Source of the DNA: an uncultured Candidatus Saccharibacteria bacterium
Lineage (GTDB): Bacteria; Patescibacteriota; Dojkabacteria; SC72
Direction: 5' to 3'
NCBI GenBank assembly: GCA_964655705.1
Contig: CAZZPP010000001.1
Location: 90,534 to 154,533, forward strand
DNA: 64,000 bases
Shown here: positions 10,176 to 19,445 of the stretch, in pieces
Numbering within the stretch: the first letter of the stretch is position 1
How the letters are laid out: each line of letters opens with the position of its first letter
The notes under the pieces: generated by a model
Database searches by the model: none
The model's input: only the letters and a program-made list of their open reading frames with translations
What the model was told of the DNA's origin: nothing
Made by a program: the position numbers and the translations under genes

Positions 10176-11023
10176 ATCGTTTCTAGATTATTAGTCCATA
10201 TACAATCTTTGTTTCTCCTAAACCATGTTCTTTGTCTTTTGATATATGACATTGTATTTTTAAAAATACTCTCCTTCACGTCTTCAATAGTAATACCATT
10301 CTCGAAATAGTCCCTAAATTCAATATATCCAATACTATTCATCCCTCTGTCTTCATAGGTATAGCCTTTCTTTAAAAGGGCTTTATTCTCTTCAAGCAAT
10401 CCCTCCTCAAACATTCCCTCTATTCTCTCTCTTACTCTTTTTCTTAGAATCTCCCCATCAATATCAATAACAAAATATCTGTTATTTAATTCTTTACCCC
10501 TTTTCCTGTTTACCCCACCCCTTTGAATAGTCCTAATCAATCTATGTCTGTTATTCCTGTCACTCTCATTCATATTTAAGAGATAGTCTTTAGCAATATG
10601 TTGCAACTCTTTAATATTCTTTTCTTTTAAATCAGGTGTATATATATCATTCTTACTAAGATTGTAATTGAATATGACACTATCAATATACAGACCTGTA
10701 CCTCCTACTAAGATTGGGACTTTCTTTTCTTTAAGTAATATCTCCTTAACCATTTGTTGATAGTTAAACAGAGTAAAACTATCCTTTGGATTTACAAAAT
10801 CAAAGAGATAGTGTTTAACACCATTAAAAATATGTATTCCCTCTGAAATCTTTTTTTCAAATTTTGGTTTTGCAGTCCCAATATTTAACTCTCTGTATAC
10901 CTGTCTTGAATCAGCATTGATAATGTACCCATTAATAACCTTTGCTAGATTAATAGCTATATTGGATTTGCCTGATGCAGTAGGACCAGCTAAGACTAGA
11001 ATCTTACCTTCAAAATCTATCAT
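10139..11023 (-). CDS. miaA: tRNA dimethylallyltransferase
   Basis: GPTASGKS, NADSRQVY, IGTAKP, VGGTGLY, KRQRTWF. Confidence 0.95.
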   Translation of the reverse strand: MIDFEGKILVLAGPTASGKSNIAINLAKVINGYIINADSRQVYRELNIGTAKPKFEKKISEGIHIFNGVKHYLFDFVNPKDSFTLFNYQQMVKEILLKEKKVPILVGGTGLYIDSVIFNYNLSKNDIYTPDLKEKNIKELQHIAKDYLLNMNESDRNNRHRLIRTIQRGGVNRKRGKELNNRYFVIDIDGEILRKRVRERIEGMFEEGLLEENKALLKKGYTYEDRGMNSIGYIEFRDYFENGITIEDVKESIFKNTMSYIKRQRTWFRRNKDCIWTNNLETIYKEASNFVLKE

Positions 11024-11532
11024 CTGAGGATATATCTAGATAGCCAATATGTAAACCATATGCAAAATACTGCTGAAAGAATTGAAATTGCAACTATGAC
11101 CTCTGTTTGAGGAGAAAGAAAAAGTAAGGTAGAGATTCCGAGTAATAGTAAAAAGACTGTTTGTTTAATTGAATCAGAAAGATACTCTTTTCTAATTGAG
11201 TATATCTTAAAACCCTTGGCATCTTTTTTAGAGGAGTAGAACCCAGTTAACAGACCAAGATTAGAGATTAAAAATATTAAGGATATTATTGGAATAATTC
11301 TAAATATTTCTGAAATGTGTACTTTAAAGATTAAATTGGAAAGGAATATCCCTATACCATTTGTAAGAAACAAAGAAGATAGTGAGAGTAGAGATAGAAG
11401 TAGAATTTTCCTATTTTTAGTTGAGAGATATATTGTAAATAGACAGACACACAGGATTGAAAGGAGTAGTAATATCTCAATACTAATTTCATATATACTC
11501 CAATTTTGTAATATGTTTTGTATTAAGTTCAT
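11020..11532 (-). CDS. Membrane protein, possibly a reduced SecF-like subunit
   Basis: Several TMs, translationally coupled to the SecD-like gene; no clear SecF signature seen. Confidence 0.45.
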   Translation of the reverse strand: MNLIQNILQNWSIYEISIEILLLLSILCVCLFTIYLSTKNRKILLLSLLSLSSLFLTNGIGIFLSNLIFKVHISEIFRIIPIISLIFLISNLGLLTGFYSSKKDAKGFKIYSIRKEYLSDSIKQTVFLLLLGISTLLFLSPQTEVIVAISILSAVFCIWFTYWLSRYILR

Positions 11533-12794
11533 ATCTTTAATGATTTTCTTACATTAGATATATAGTAGGAAGAAATTGATAGGGCTAAGTTACTTACAAT
11601 CATAAGTATTAAGAGATCGTTTGCATACATTTTTACATATCCACTACCGAGTAAAATACTTAGGATACAGATGAAGGTAATTAATAGGGTAACATTAATT
11701 CTAGATTCAATGTTCTCAGCAATTATCCTTATTATCGCAATTATTGATATAACCTCTAAAGCTAGAAGGAATATGTCGACTGGAGTACTGGATATCTTTA
11801 AGTAGGTTATCCACCCAGCAACCGTTATTGTACTAGATATCCCAGAGAGAAGGAGAGTCCTCTTAGGAGTTTTTTCAACTAACATTAAATAGATGTAGAT
11901 AAATATTATGGCTACCAAAATACCCTCTGTTAATTTAATGTAATCAAATTCTGGAATATCTACTACAAGATCTTCTTCACTATTTGAAGAGTAAGAAAGT
12001 CCTACGCTACCAGAGTTAAATAGGATATCAACTACCTTAGCAGAGTCTTTGTCTTGTGCAGATACAGATGGAGCAAAGGTATTGTTTCCTTGAGCTATTT
12101 GAACCTGGGAAACAAACCCATCTATACTTACTCCAACAGTTTGTCCTGCGTACTGTTCCATGAAGTCTTCCCAATCTTTTTGCCAAGGCCATGTTTTAAA
12201 TATCCCGAAGTATGAGTATTCTCCTTCTGAGTTTTTAAGTTTAGCAATAAATACATTTCTAAAGTAATCTCTTGTATATGCTGTCTTAGTATAGTTCTCT
12301 TCTAGGTACGGGGTAAGAGGGTTTTCCTGATCTTCATAGTTGACATCATCCTTTCTGGTAACAACATTTATAATGAAGGGAGACTTTATTAAATTCTCTA
12401 CAGACTCCTTCTCTTTAGATGTTTGAATTTCTATCTTTAGATACTGTTTTTCTTCTTCCTCGTAAAAAGAAATTAATGATTGTTCAACCCCAAACTTCCT
12501 TAATCTTTTTTGTAATACAGACTTAGTATCTTGTAAGTCCTTTTTTAAATCAGTACTATCCTGTGTATCTAATTCAAAGATATACTCCTTAGACCAATAC
12601 ATACTCTCTTTATTTACTAAATCATAGGAAGAGGAAGATGTAATTCTTTCTGTTAGAGGTAGAGATATTAAAACTAAGGCTAGGATGAGAGAACTAATGA
12701 AGATGGAGATGATGTAAGTAAGAAATCCTTTGAGATTAAATTTCTTTAATTTAATTCTTTTAAATTTTAATTTCTTTCTCTTTAACTTCTTCAT
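11529..12794 (-). CDS. Divergent SecD-like protein
   Basis: TM1, extracellular domain with VLQKRLRKFGVEQ (SecD P1 motif) and VGVSIDG, then C-terminal TM bundle. Confidence 0.6.
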   Translation of the reverse strand: MKKLKRKKLKFKRIKLKKFNLKGFLTYIISIFISSLILALVLISLPLTERITSSSSYDLVNKESMYWSKEYIFELDTQDSTDLKKDLQDTKSVLQKRLRKFGVEQSLISFYEEEEKQYLKIEIQTSKEKESVENLIKSPFIINVVTRKDDVNYEDQENPLTPYLEENYTKTAYTRDYFRNVFIAKLKNSEGEYSYFGIFKTWPWQKDWEDFMEQYAGQTVGVSIDGFVSQVQIAQGNNTFAPSVSAQDKDSAKVVDILFNSGSVGLSYSSNSEEDLVVDIPEFDYIKLTEGILVAIIFIYIYLMLVEKTPKRTLLLSGISSTITVAGWITYLKISSTPVDIFLLALEVISIIAIIRIIAENIESRINVTLLITFICILSILLGSGYVKMYANDLLILMIVSNLALSISSYYISNVRKSLKI

Positions 12795-13366
12795 TACAGT
12801 AAATCTGAGTCTTTACCTAGTAATATTACTTTGTCTTTCATTAACGCATTTATTAATATGGGATCCCTCTTCTTTTTTCCAAATTCGAAATCCTCAATTT
12901 TCATAGCTACATACCTAATTGATCTACTTAACTCTTTTTCTAAACTACTAACTGCTACAGACAGTTCTCTAATTTTCATATCTCCAATAAAGAGGATATC
13001 AATATCAGATTTCTCAATATATTTGTTTTTTAGAAAAGCCTCTGTCAATATTACTACCTTAATGCCCTCAATAGGGAGGAATTTTTCATAAAGTAATTTT
13101 CCTGTATCTGACTCTTTAAAAAATATCGCCCTTAATTCCCATACAATTGGACACTCCTTGTCAATTGTATACATAATTTTGTTACCATCTTTTTTAGAAG
13201 TTAGTAACCCTGCTTTCTTAAGACTAAGTAATTCTCTTCTTACAGCATTAATCTCCTCTCCTAATTCTCTAACAAGCCCTCTAACATGATAGGGTTTATT
13301 AACGTCTTCCATATACTTGGAAAGTACTCTAATCCTAACTTTTGATATAAATAGACTTTTAAGCAT
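12794..13366 (-). CDS. Winged-helix protein with C-terminal nucleotidyltransferase-like domain
   Basis: SKVRIRVL..HVRGLVREL..NAVRREL wHTH; SDIDILFIG MNT-like motif. Confidence 0.7.
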   Translation of the reverse strand: MLKSLFISKVRIRVLSKYMEDVNKPYHVRGLVRELGEEINAVRRELLSLKKAGLLTSKKDGNKIMYTIDKECPIVWELRAIFFKESDTGKLLYEKFLPIEGIKVVILTEAFLKNKYIEKSDIDILFIGDMKIRELSVAVSSLEKELSRSIRYVAMKIEDFEFGKKKRDPILINALMKDKVILLGKDSDLL

Positions 13367-13429
13367 TTCCCCTTCCTTTTTAAAATATTAAGTAGGCCTT
13401 AAAGTACAACTCAAAGACCATGGGGCAAT

Positions 13430-14737
13430 TTATTGCTCAATTATATCAAATTTTCCGATAGAGCGAGGGATTATTGATATCCATACCCTCCCTCTATTAA
13501 ATTCTATCTCTTTACCATCACTATCATAGTATGTAGTCCTGTCTGTTCTAGAAGTTTTTTTCCATGTTCCTGTTGTAATTTTACCATCAATTAAATATGT
13601 AGTACTACCCGAAGCGATAGTTGTTAGAATGATTCTCCCCTTATTATCATATGAGGGAGTATATTCAATCTCTTGAAGAATTAAATTTTTGGCATAGATC
13701 TGAGCACCACTCTCTTGATCAATATGAATCTTCCCACCAGTTTCTTTGTAGTAGGAATTAGTCTTACTATCATAAGTCCATACACTATCATACAATCCAC
13801 TGTTATTTAATCTCTCATGGAAGGTAATATTTATTTTGCTCTTTAGACCCCTGTCTTGTGTAGAGGCATCTTTTTTGAATTTCCATGCCTCAATATCAGG
13901 CATACTATCCCAATTCTTTTCTTCGGCATACTCCCATGCAGTGAAAAGAGAGGAGTACTCATTATGTGGAGCATATCTTACCCCATCATTCCATCTCCAG
14001 GCTCCAATGGTAGCAATTTTTTTAATATTGTAAGCATATACATTCCCGCAAGCATCGGTTTTAGGATTGTCAGTATCTGCACATCCATCATAGATGTAAA
14101 GAGGATCGTAAGGACTTAGCCATTCTAGATAGTACTGTCTTGCACTTCGAATAGGGCCAACTTTTGCTGGTGCCTCACTCCAGAATATTGCTAAATATCT
14201 TGTTATTCCTCCCTCTGCCAGTGCTTCAAAAACAACATCGGCACTATTTAATCCAGATTGAGGTCTAGCATCTGAATGATTATTTATCATTACAGCAACA
14301 GGTCTTCTTTTTTCTAACTCCTTTAATTCTGTCTTAGTAAAAAGTAACCCATTAATTGGACTAACCTCAGTTTTAGGTTCTACAGGAGTAGGAATGGGAA
14401 TATCAAAAGGGACAGAGTCTATGTACTGGGAAAGGATATATCCATTTCCTAAATTAATTATTGTGGAAGGCTTAGCATATGGTTTAGATTTGTAAATACC
14501 AAAGTAGTAGAAGAGTCCTATTCCCATTAGGAGTAATACCCCAAGGGTTACTAGAATCAAAGTCAATTTCTTAGGTTTCTCTTTTTTAACCTTCTCTTTT
14601 GTTTGGGGTACCTCTTTCTCACTCTTAACTTCAGGAGTAGGTACTGGTTTTACAATATCGTTAACCTTTTCAGTTAGTAATTCTTTCTTTCCTTTTCCCT
14701 TTACTTTCTTCTCCGAAATATTTATCTGTTTAGACAT
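13430..14737 (-). CDS. DUF3048-domain membrane-anchored protein
   Basis: RRPVAVMINN, ARPQSGL, EGGITR, VGPIRSAR, APHN, GRVWI motifs. Confidence 0.85.
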   Translation of the reverse strand: MSKQINISEKKVKGKGKKELLTEKVNDIVKPVPTPEVKSEKEVPQTKEKVKKEKPKKLTLILVTLGVLLLMGIGLFYYFGIYKSKPYAKPSTIINLGNGYILSQYIDSVPFDIPIPTPVEPKTEVSPINGLLFTKTELKELEKRRPVAVMINNHSDARPQSGLNSADVVFEALAEGGITRYLAIFWSEAPAKVGPIRSARQYYLEWLSPYDPLYIYDGCADTDNPKTDACGNVYAYNIKKIATIGAWRWNDGVRYAPHNEYSSLFTAWEYAEEKNWDSMPDIEAWKFKKDASTQDRGLKSKINITFHERLNNSGLYDSVWTYDSKTNSYYKETGGKIHIDQESGAQIYAKNLILQEIEYTPSYDNKGRIILTTIASGSTTYLIDGKITTGTWKKTSRTDRTTYYDSDGKEIEFNRGRVWISIIPRSIGKFDIIEQ

Positions 14738-14832
14738 ATATATAATTTAGCATTAGAAAGGGAGAATGTTAATCCTTTATAGTGGATATTTAATGTGATA
14801 GTATTAAGTTGTATTAATTTAGCAATACTTTT

Positions 14833-15825
14833 ATGAAAAAATATTGGTATATATACCTTGTGGTTTTACTACTAAGTACTGTATTACTAACTGGGTGTAC
14901 TAGAAAGACAAATGATATTGTAGAACAAGACCAAGATGATACACAGGAGGTTGTAGAGGATTTACCGCAGGATGATACAGAGAGCTCCTCAAGTTTTGAT
15001 ACATCTGAATATACAAAAGAAGAGACAACTCTTGGACAAGCGAGTGAATATGAATACACTATTAGAGAGATACGCGCTGAAGAGAAAACAGGATATCATC
15101 AATTCGAGTTTACTCTTTCTTCAAGAGATGGTGATGCTCCTACACCACTTTTTACTGTTACACCAATACTTACAAAAGGAGTATTTAGGGTATCTTTAAC
15201 AAACATTATTGATGACAATACATCTGTAACACATAGTAGTGGAATATCTGTAAACAAGGAGGGTATAACTGGTCTTACAAGAATTGTTACAGACTCTAAT
15301 ACCACTCGTGCCTACGATATTGGGGTATTAGGTTTGAATATGTATATGGTGGAGGTAGAAAATGACGAGTTAGGAATATGGACCTTTGTAGTAAAGGTCT
15401 CATACGATACAAAATATACTCCTCCAAGTATTGATTTTGGGAGTACTGAATTCTCTTCTGAGAATCAAGAGATTGAGGGAGTAACAATTACTCAGGGAGC
15501 AAAGATTACAGACTACTCATACCTTTACTCATCAGGGATAGTGAAATTTACTTTAGAGGTATCTAGTGGAGCATCTAATCCAATTCCTAGTGTAAGTGCA
15601 GCATATGATGAAGAGGGTATATTAATACTTACTTTCCCATCATTAGAACAGGACAAGGTTTCTACATGGGGTAGTACAATTGACCTTCCTTCTGGACTTA
15701 CGGTATCCATATCTAGAGCTGGAGAGAAGTCAGTATATTCATTTAGTGGAATTAGTAACAAAAAACCATTTAGATTAAGTGCTTCTCAGAGTCCTAATGT
15801 AGTAATAGTTGAGATTGATGTTTAA
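14833..15825 (+). CDS. Putative lipoprotein with two related beta domains (AMIN-like)
   Basis: Signal peptide with lipobox LLTGC, acidic linker, two similar domains. Confidence 0.6.
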   Translation: MKKYWYIYLVVLLLSTVLLTGCTRKTNDIVEQDQDDTQEVVEDLPQDDTESSSSFDTSEYTKEETTLGQASEYEYTIREIRAEEKTGYHQFEFTLSSRDGDAPTPLFTVTPILTKGVFRVSLTNIIDDNTSVTHSSGISVNKEGITGLTRIVTDSNTTRAYDIGVLGLNMYMVEVENDELGIWTFVVKVSYDTKYTPPSIDFGSTEFSSENQEIEGVTITQGAKITDYSYLYSSGIVKFTLEVSSGASNPIPSVSAAYDEEGILILTFPSLEQDKVSTWGSTIDLPSGLTVSISRAGEKSVYSFSGISNKKPFRLSASQSPNVVIVEIDV

Positions 15826-15827
15826 AT

Positions 15828-16409
15828 ATGTTAGGTAGAGATGAGTGTAAAACTCTTTTAGAAAAATACATCCATACTCCTTGGTTAAAACTTCATATGA
15901 GGGAGAGTGAAGTCATTATGATTTCTCTTGCAAAAAGGTTGGGAGAAGATGAACAGGAATGGGGATTAGCAGGGTTAATACATGACTTAGATTTTGATTA
16001 TGTAGAGAAAGATCCTAAAAGGCATGTCATTGAGTTTGATACCATTCTAAATATTGAGGGTATACAGATTGGTAAGGATATCCCTGAGAATGTTTACCAT
16101 GCAATTAAGGCCCATTATGAGGAGCATCCTTTAATTACTCAAAAGAGGGAATCTAAACTTGATTATGCATTAAGTGCTAGTGAAACTCTTAGTGGATTTC
16201 TAGTTGCATGTGCTTTAGTTCAACCGGACAAAAAAAACAGTAGTGTAGGTGTAGATAGTGTAATGAAGAAATTTAAAAAGAAAGACTTCGCTAAATCTAT
16301 TAACAGGGAGTTAATCTACGATATTGAGAAGATTGGAATATCCTTAGAAGAGTTCTTACAGATCTCGTTAAAAGCTCTTACTGATATTTCAGATGAGCTT
16401 GGGTTGTAG
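15828..16409 (+). CDS. HD-domain hydrolase
   Basis: WGLAGLIHDLD, AIKAH, LSGFLVACALV, KKFKKKDFA. Confidence 0.85.
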   Translation: MLGRDECKTLLEKYIHTPWLKLHMRESEVIMISLAKRLGEDEQEWGLAGLIHDLDFDYVEKDPKRHVIEFDTILNIEGIQIGKDIPENVYHAIKAHYEEHPLITQKRESKLDYALSASETLSGFLVACALVQPDKKNSSVGVDSVMKKFKKKDFAKSINRELIYDIEKIGISLEEFLQISLKALTDISDELGL

Positions 16410-16425
16410 TATCTTGTTGTGAAAA

Positions 16426-16722
16426 TTACTTCTTTTTATCAACAAACCTAATCTCCAAATCTTTTCCTAGTGCATTGGCTATTTTAATCAATTTCTCAAT
16501 CGAAACATTCCTCTTTCCAGTTTCTATTTTACTGATTGTACTACGAGGTATACCAGATTTAAGGGATAGTGAGTCTTGAGTAATATGATAACTCTCTCTA
16601 AATTCTTTTATCTGTCTGAGAGCAATTCTTTTTTGCGCCTTAGCATCTAACTCACGAAGTTCTTTTTGGGTAAACATCTCTTTCCTGGCTTCTTCCCAGG
16701 GTATTAATACTGATTTGTTCAT
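16426..16722 (-). CDS. XRE/HTH antitoxin (HigA-like)
   Basis: ITQDSLS..SGIPRSTISKIETGKRNVSIEKLIKIANAL HTH_3; downstream of toxin. Confidence 0.8.
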   Translation of the reverse strand: MNKSVLIPWEEARKEMFTQKELRELDAKAQKRIALRQIKEFRESYHITQDSLSLKSGIPRSTISKIETGKRNVSIEKLIKIANALGKDLEIRFVDKKK

Positions 16723-16727
16723 TTTAT

Positions 16728-17060
16728 TTATACTAATTTTATTTTTCTTCTAACTGCCTTCTGTATCTCTCTTAGTGGTGTCTTTTGAGTTTTCTTTTTA
16801 AAAGCGCAGAGAATTACAATATCATCATTTTTGTAAACATAGATACATCTATACATTCCATTTTCTCTTACTCTCAATTCGTAAAGATCATATCCTGAAA
16901 GTTTTCTACTTTCTGGATATTTTAATGTTCCAAAATAACTTAGTTCCTTAATTAAAACGTCAAAAGCTTTTATTGTAGTGGATGGAAAGGTTAAAAGCTC
17001 CTCTTGTGCATTATATTCTATGTATACTTTCTTTCGGTTTGATTGTGCCATATATGCCAC
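16728..17060 (-). CDS. RelE/ParE-family toxin (Gp49/HigB-like)
   Basis: LYELRV..YRCIY..ILCAFKKKTQKTPLREI; true start uncertain (GTG 17060 or ATG 17051). Confidence 0.8.
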   Translation of the reverse strand: MAYMAQSNRKKVYIEYNAQEELLTFPSTTIKAFDVLIKELSYFGTLKYPESRKLSGYDLYELRVRENGMYRCIYVYKNDDIVILCAFKKKTQKTPLREIQKAVRRKIKLV

Positions 17061-17136
17061 ACGATGTCAAGTTATATGACATATTGTATTTAAAAGGAAT
17101 TAAATATTTCTGAAAAGTTTAGTATAATGATTGTTA

Positions 17137-17210
17137 CGGGGTGTAGTTCAGATGGCTAGAACGCTTGCATGGGGTGCAAGAGGTCGCTCGTTCAAGTCGA
17201 GTCACCCCGA
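17137..17210 (+). tRNA. tRNA-Pro (GGG), CCA not encoded
   Basis: CGGGGTG/CACCCCG acceptor, CTTGC-ATGGGGT-GCAAG anticodon arm, TTCAAGT T-loop; TATAAT just upstream. Confidence 0.93.
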
Positions 17211-17212
17211 TT

Positions 17213-17854
17213 TTAATCAGGTGCTGTTAATTCTCCAATAGATACATCGAAACCATATTTTAAAAGATTCATAACTGTATATCCCACACAGCCAGTAGGA
17301 ACATAATCCTTTTTTAACCATTCTCTAGCTATTGGATATCTATCAATATATACAGGTATATTTTGTACAAAGTCTAGTTGAATTTTTTCTTTGTCATACT
17401 TAATATCAAACTCCTTCAAAGCCTTTTTAATTGGCTCATATACAAGATAGAGACCAGATACTGTAACAATCTTGATATCACCTCTTAAGAGGAGATCTGC
17501 CAACATATCCCATTCCTTTCTTCCTCCCTTTGGAGTTTCTTCTCCATTTTTAGTTTTAACTGTATATATTGTGTAATCTCCCATTTGAGATATTTTTGAG
17601 AGGAGATCATTGTAGTCAGAAGTCTGTTGAAAAAATATTAAGGGGATATTACTGTCCAATACCTTCCTAATATATTCATCCCTTTTGTTTAGATACTCTT
17701 TAGTAACATACCTTTTGTTTAGAGTAGGGATTGTGTTCTCACTAAAGAAAGGATGTACAAGAATATTTAATCTTCCATTAGACAGTTTACAGATATTTAG
17801 GAAATATTCTAAACTCTTGCCCTTAGCCTTTGTTACTTCAATATCCTTTCTCAA
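17213..17854 (-). CDS. Hypothetical protein
   Basis: 213 aa ORF, TTG start preceded by TGTTAGAAT; ILVHP and GCV motifs, fold not assignable. Confidence 0.6.
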   Translation of the reverse strand: MRKDIEVTKAKGKSLEYFLNICKLSNGRLNILVHPFFSENTIPTLNKRYVTKEYLNKRDEYIRKVLDSNIPLIFFQQTSDYNDLLSKISQMGDYTIYTVKTKNGEETPKGGRKEWDMLADLLLRGDIKIVTVSGLYLVYEPIKKALKEFDIKYDKEKIQLDFVQNIPVYIDRYPIAREWLKKDYVPTGCVGYTVMNLLKYGFDVSIGELTAPD

Positions 17855-17908
17855 TGCGCAATTCTAACATTAATATACATATGTAGGAAATAGTATATAT
17901 AATATTGG

Positions 17909-17940
17909 TGTAACAAAGTAAGTATTTTTACGTAATAGTA
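17909..17940 (+). promoter_or_regulatory. Putative ECF sigma autoregulated promoter (TGTAAC-N16-CGTAATAGTA)
   Basis: AAC -35 / CGT -10 architecture typical of ECF promoters; sigma ATG at 17942, consistent with a leaderless start. Confidence 0.7.
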
Positions 17941-17941
17941 G

Positions 17942-18448
17942 ATGATAAATAAGATTGAAAATAGACAGGATTTAGAAGAACTCTTTAGATGGTTAAACGA
18001 ACCACTTTACAAATATATATATGTAAGATGTGGATATAACAGGGAGTTAGCTCAAGATATTACACAAGATGTATTTCTAAAGGTATGGGACAAGAGAGAG
18101 ACCTTTAATCCTAAGAAGTCTACACTTAAAAACTGGGTATACATTATTGCTAGAAACCATATTGTAGACCTTTACAGAAAGAAGAAGATTAACTTAAAGA
18201 CTTTAGATGAAGATATACAAGGAAGTGTTAAAGATCATAGTTTAGATACTGAGAATGAACTAATGATGTGCCAGGTGTTAAAGAATTTGAATAGGCTTAA
18301 GGAAGGGGACAAGGAGGTAATAGTACTTAGATATATTGAGGATTTAGAGATAGCTGAGGTAGCACAGATAATTGGAAAGAGTGAGAATACAACTAAAGTT
18401 ATGATACATAGAGCAGTAAAGAGATTAAAATTTTTAGTAAATAAATAA
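17942..18448 (+). CDS. ECF RNA polymerase sigma factor
   Basis: AQDITQDVFLKVW, WVYIIARNHIVDLYRKK (region 2); EVAQIIGKSENTTKVMIHRA (region 4). Confidence 0.95.
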   Translation: MINKIENRQDLEELFRWLNEPLYKYIYVRCGYNRELAQDITQDVFLKVWDKRETFNPKKSTLKNWVYIIARNHIVDLYRKKKINLKTLDEDIQGSVKDHSLDTENELMMCQVLKNLNRLKEGDKEVIVLRYIEDLEIAEVAQIIGKSENTTKVMIHRAVKRLKFLVNK

Positions 18449-19320
18449 TGGATGAGAGTGAGATTTTAAAAAAATTAAGTGAATTTAAATCTAAGCCAAG
18501 TAAAAGATGGCAGGAAGAAACCTTGGAGAAGTTAAATACCACTGTAACTAATTCCTTAGATATTCGTAATAGTAATATGAACTTAAATAATTTAAATAAT
18601 TCTTTAAACATGAATAAGAAGTTCAGACCAATTGTTGCTTTAGCAACTTTAATTTTAACATTTGCTGTTTTAGGAGGAGTAGCATATGCTTCTGATTCTG
18701 CAATGCCAGGAGAGCCACTCTTTGGAGTAGATAAGGCGATGGAACAGATAAGAAGGACATTGACCTTAAATCCACTAGACAGGGCAGAGTACGAGATGAA
18801 AGTTATGGATGAGAGGATGGAAGAGTTAAAACAGATGAGCTATGAGCAGAATGCTATGGGTATCTCTAATGGTATCGAGGAGGTTGAGGCTCAACAGTTA
18901 AGATTACAGAATATGTTTGCGAATATGTCTCAATTAAGGTCAGAGGGTGATACACAGGAGGCTGAAAGACAGTTACAGGTAATGAACAAAATTGCTGAGA
19001 AACTTGCTGCACAAAGTGGTGTATTAGATCAAACTAGAGAGAAATTAATGGAGAACAAGGATGAGAGTAACTCTTCTGAGTTAGACCAACTTCAGTATCA
19101 GTATATGGAACAGGTACAAAACCAGATAGGGGAATTTGAGAATGAGACTGGGTTAAAGGTAAATACCAATACTCAAACTATTGAGCAGAATCAAGGAGAG
19201 GATTCACAGATTCAAAATGATATTCAGAATCAAGTAAATACTGGTGATGGAGATAGTAACTCGCAGGGAGTTCAGGGTGTAAGTAATAGTAATGGTTCTA
19301 ATGGTAATGGGGGTAGGTAA
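18448..19320 (+). CDS. Putative anti-sigma factor (N-terminal cytoplasmic segment, TM, DUF5667-like coiled coil)
   Basis: Coupled to sigma (TAATG); TM followed by AMPGEPLFGVDKAME motif; Q/N/G-rich tail. Confidence 0.75.
   Translation: MDESEILKKLSEFKSKPSKRWQEETLEKLNTTVTNSLDIRNSNMNLNNLNNSLNMNKKFRPIVALATLILTFAVLGGVAYASDSAMPGEPLFGVDKAMEQIRRTLTLNPLDRAEYEMKVMDERMEELKQMSYEQNAMGISNGIEEVEAQQLRLQNMFANMSQLRSEGDTQEAERQLQVMNKIAEKLAAQSGVLDQTREKLMENKDESNSSELDQLQYQYMEQVQNQIGEFENETGLKVNTNTQTIEQNQGEDSQIQNDIQNQVNTGDGDSNSQGVQGVSNSNGSNGNGGR
18543..18574 (+). promoter_or_regulatory. Second copy of the ECF-type promoter inside the anti-sigma CDS
   Basis: TGTAAC (18543-48), 16 nt, CGTAATAGTA (18565-74), matching 17909-17940; in-frame ATGs at 18577 and 18610. 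Confidence 0.6.
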
Positions 19321-19340
19321 GAATATTGCAGAATGGTTGT

Positions 19341-19367
19341 AAAAGGGACTCCTATGGGTCCCTTTTT
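19341..19367 (+). terminator. Rho-independent terminator
   Basis: AAAAGGGAC../..GTCCCTTTTT hairpin after anti-sigma stop. Confidence 0.75.
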
Positions 19368-19425
19368 GTTTGTATTCTTTTAGATATTTTGCTACCATAG
19401 AATAATTAAAAAGTCTTTAATTTGT

Positions 19426-19441
19426 TATATATATATATATA
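19426..19441. repeat. (TA)8 microsatellite
   Basis: TATATATATATATATA ending 4 nt before ATG 19446. Confidence 0.85.
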
Positions 19442-19445
19442 TTAA

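Noticed and set aside
17137-17260. Prophage/island attachment site at tRNA-Pro
   Set aside because: No duplicated tRNA 3' end and no integrase in the window.
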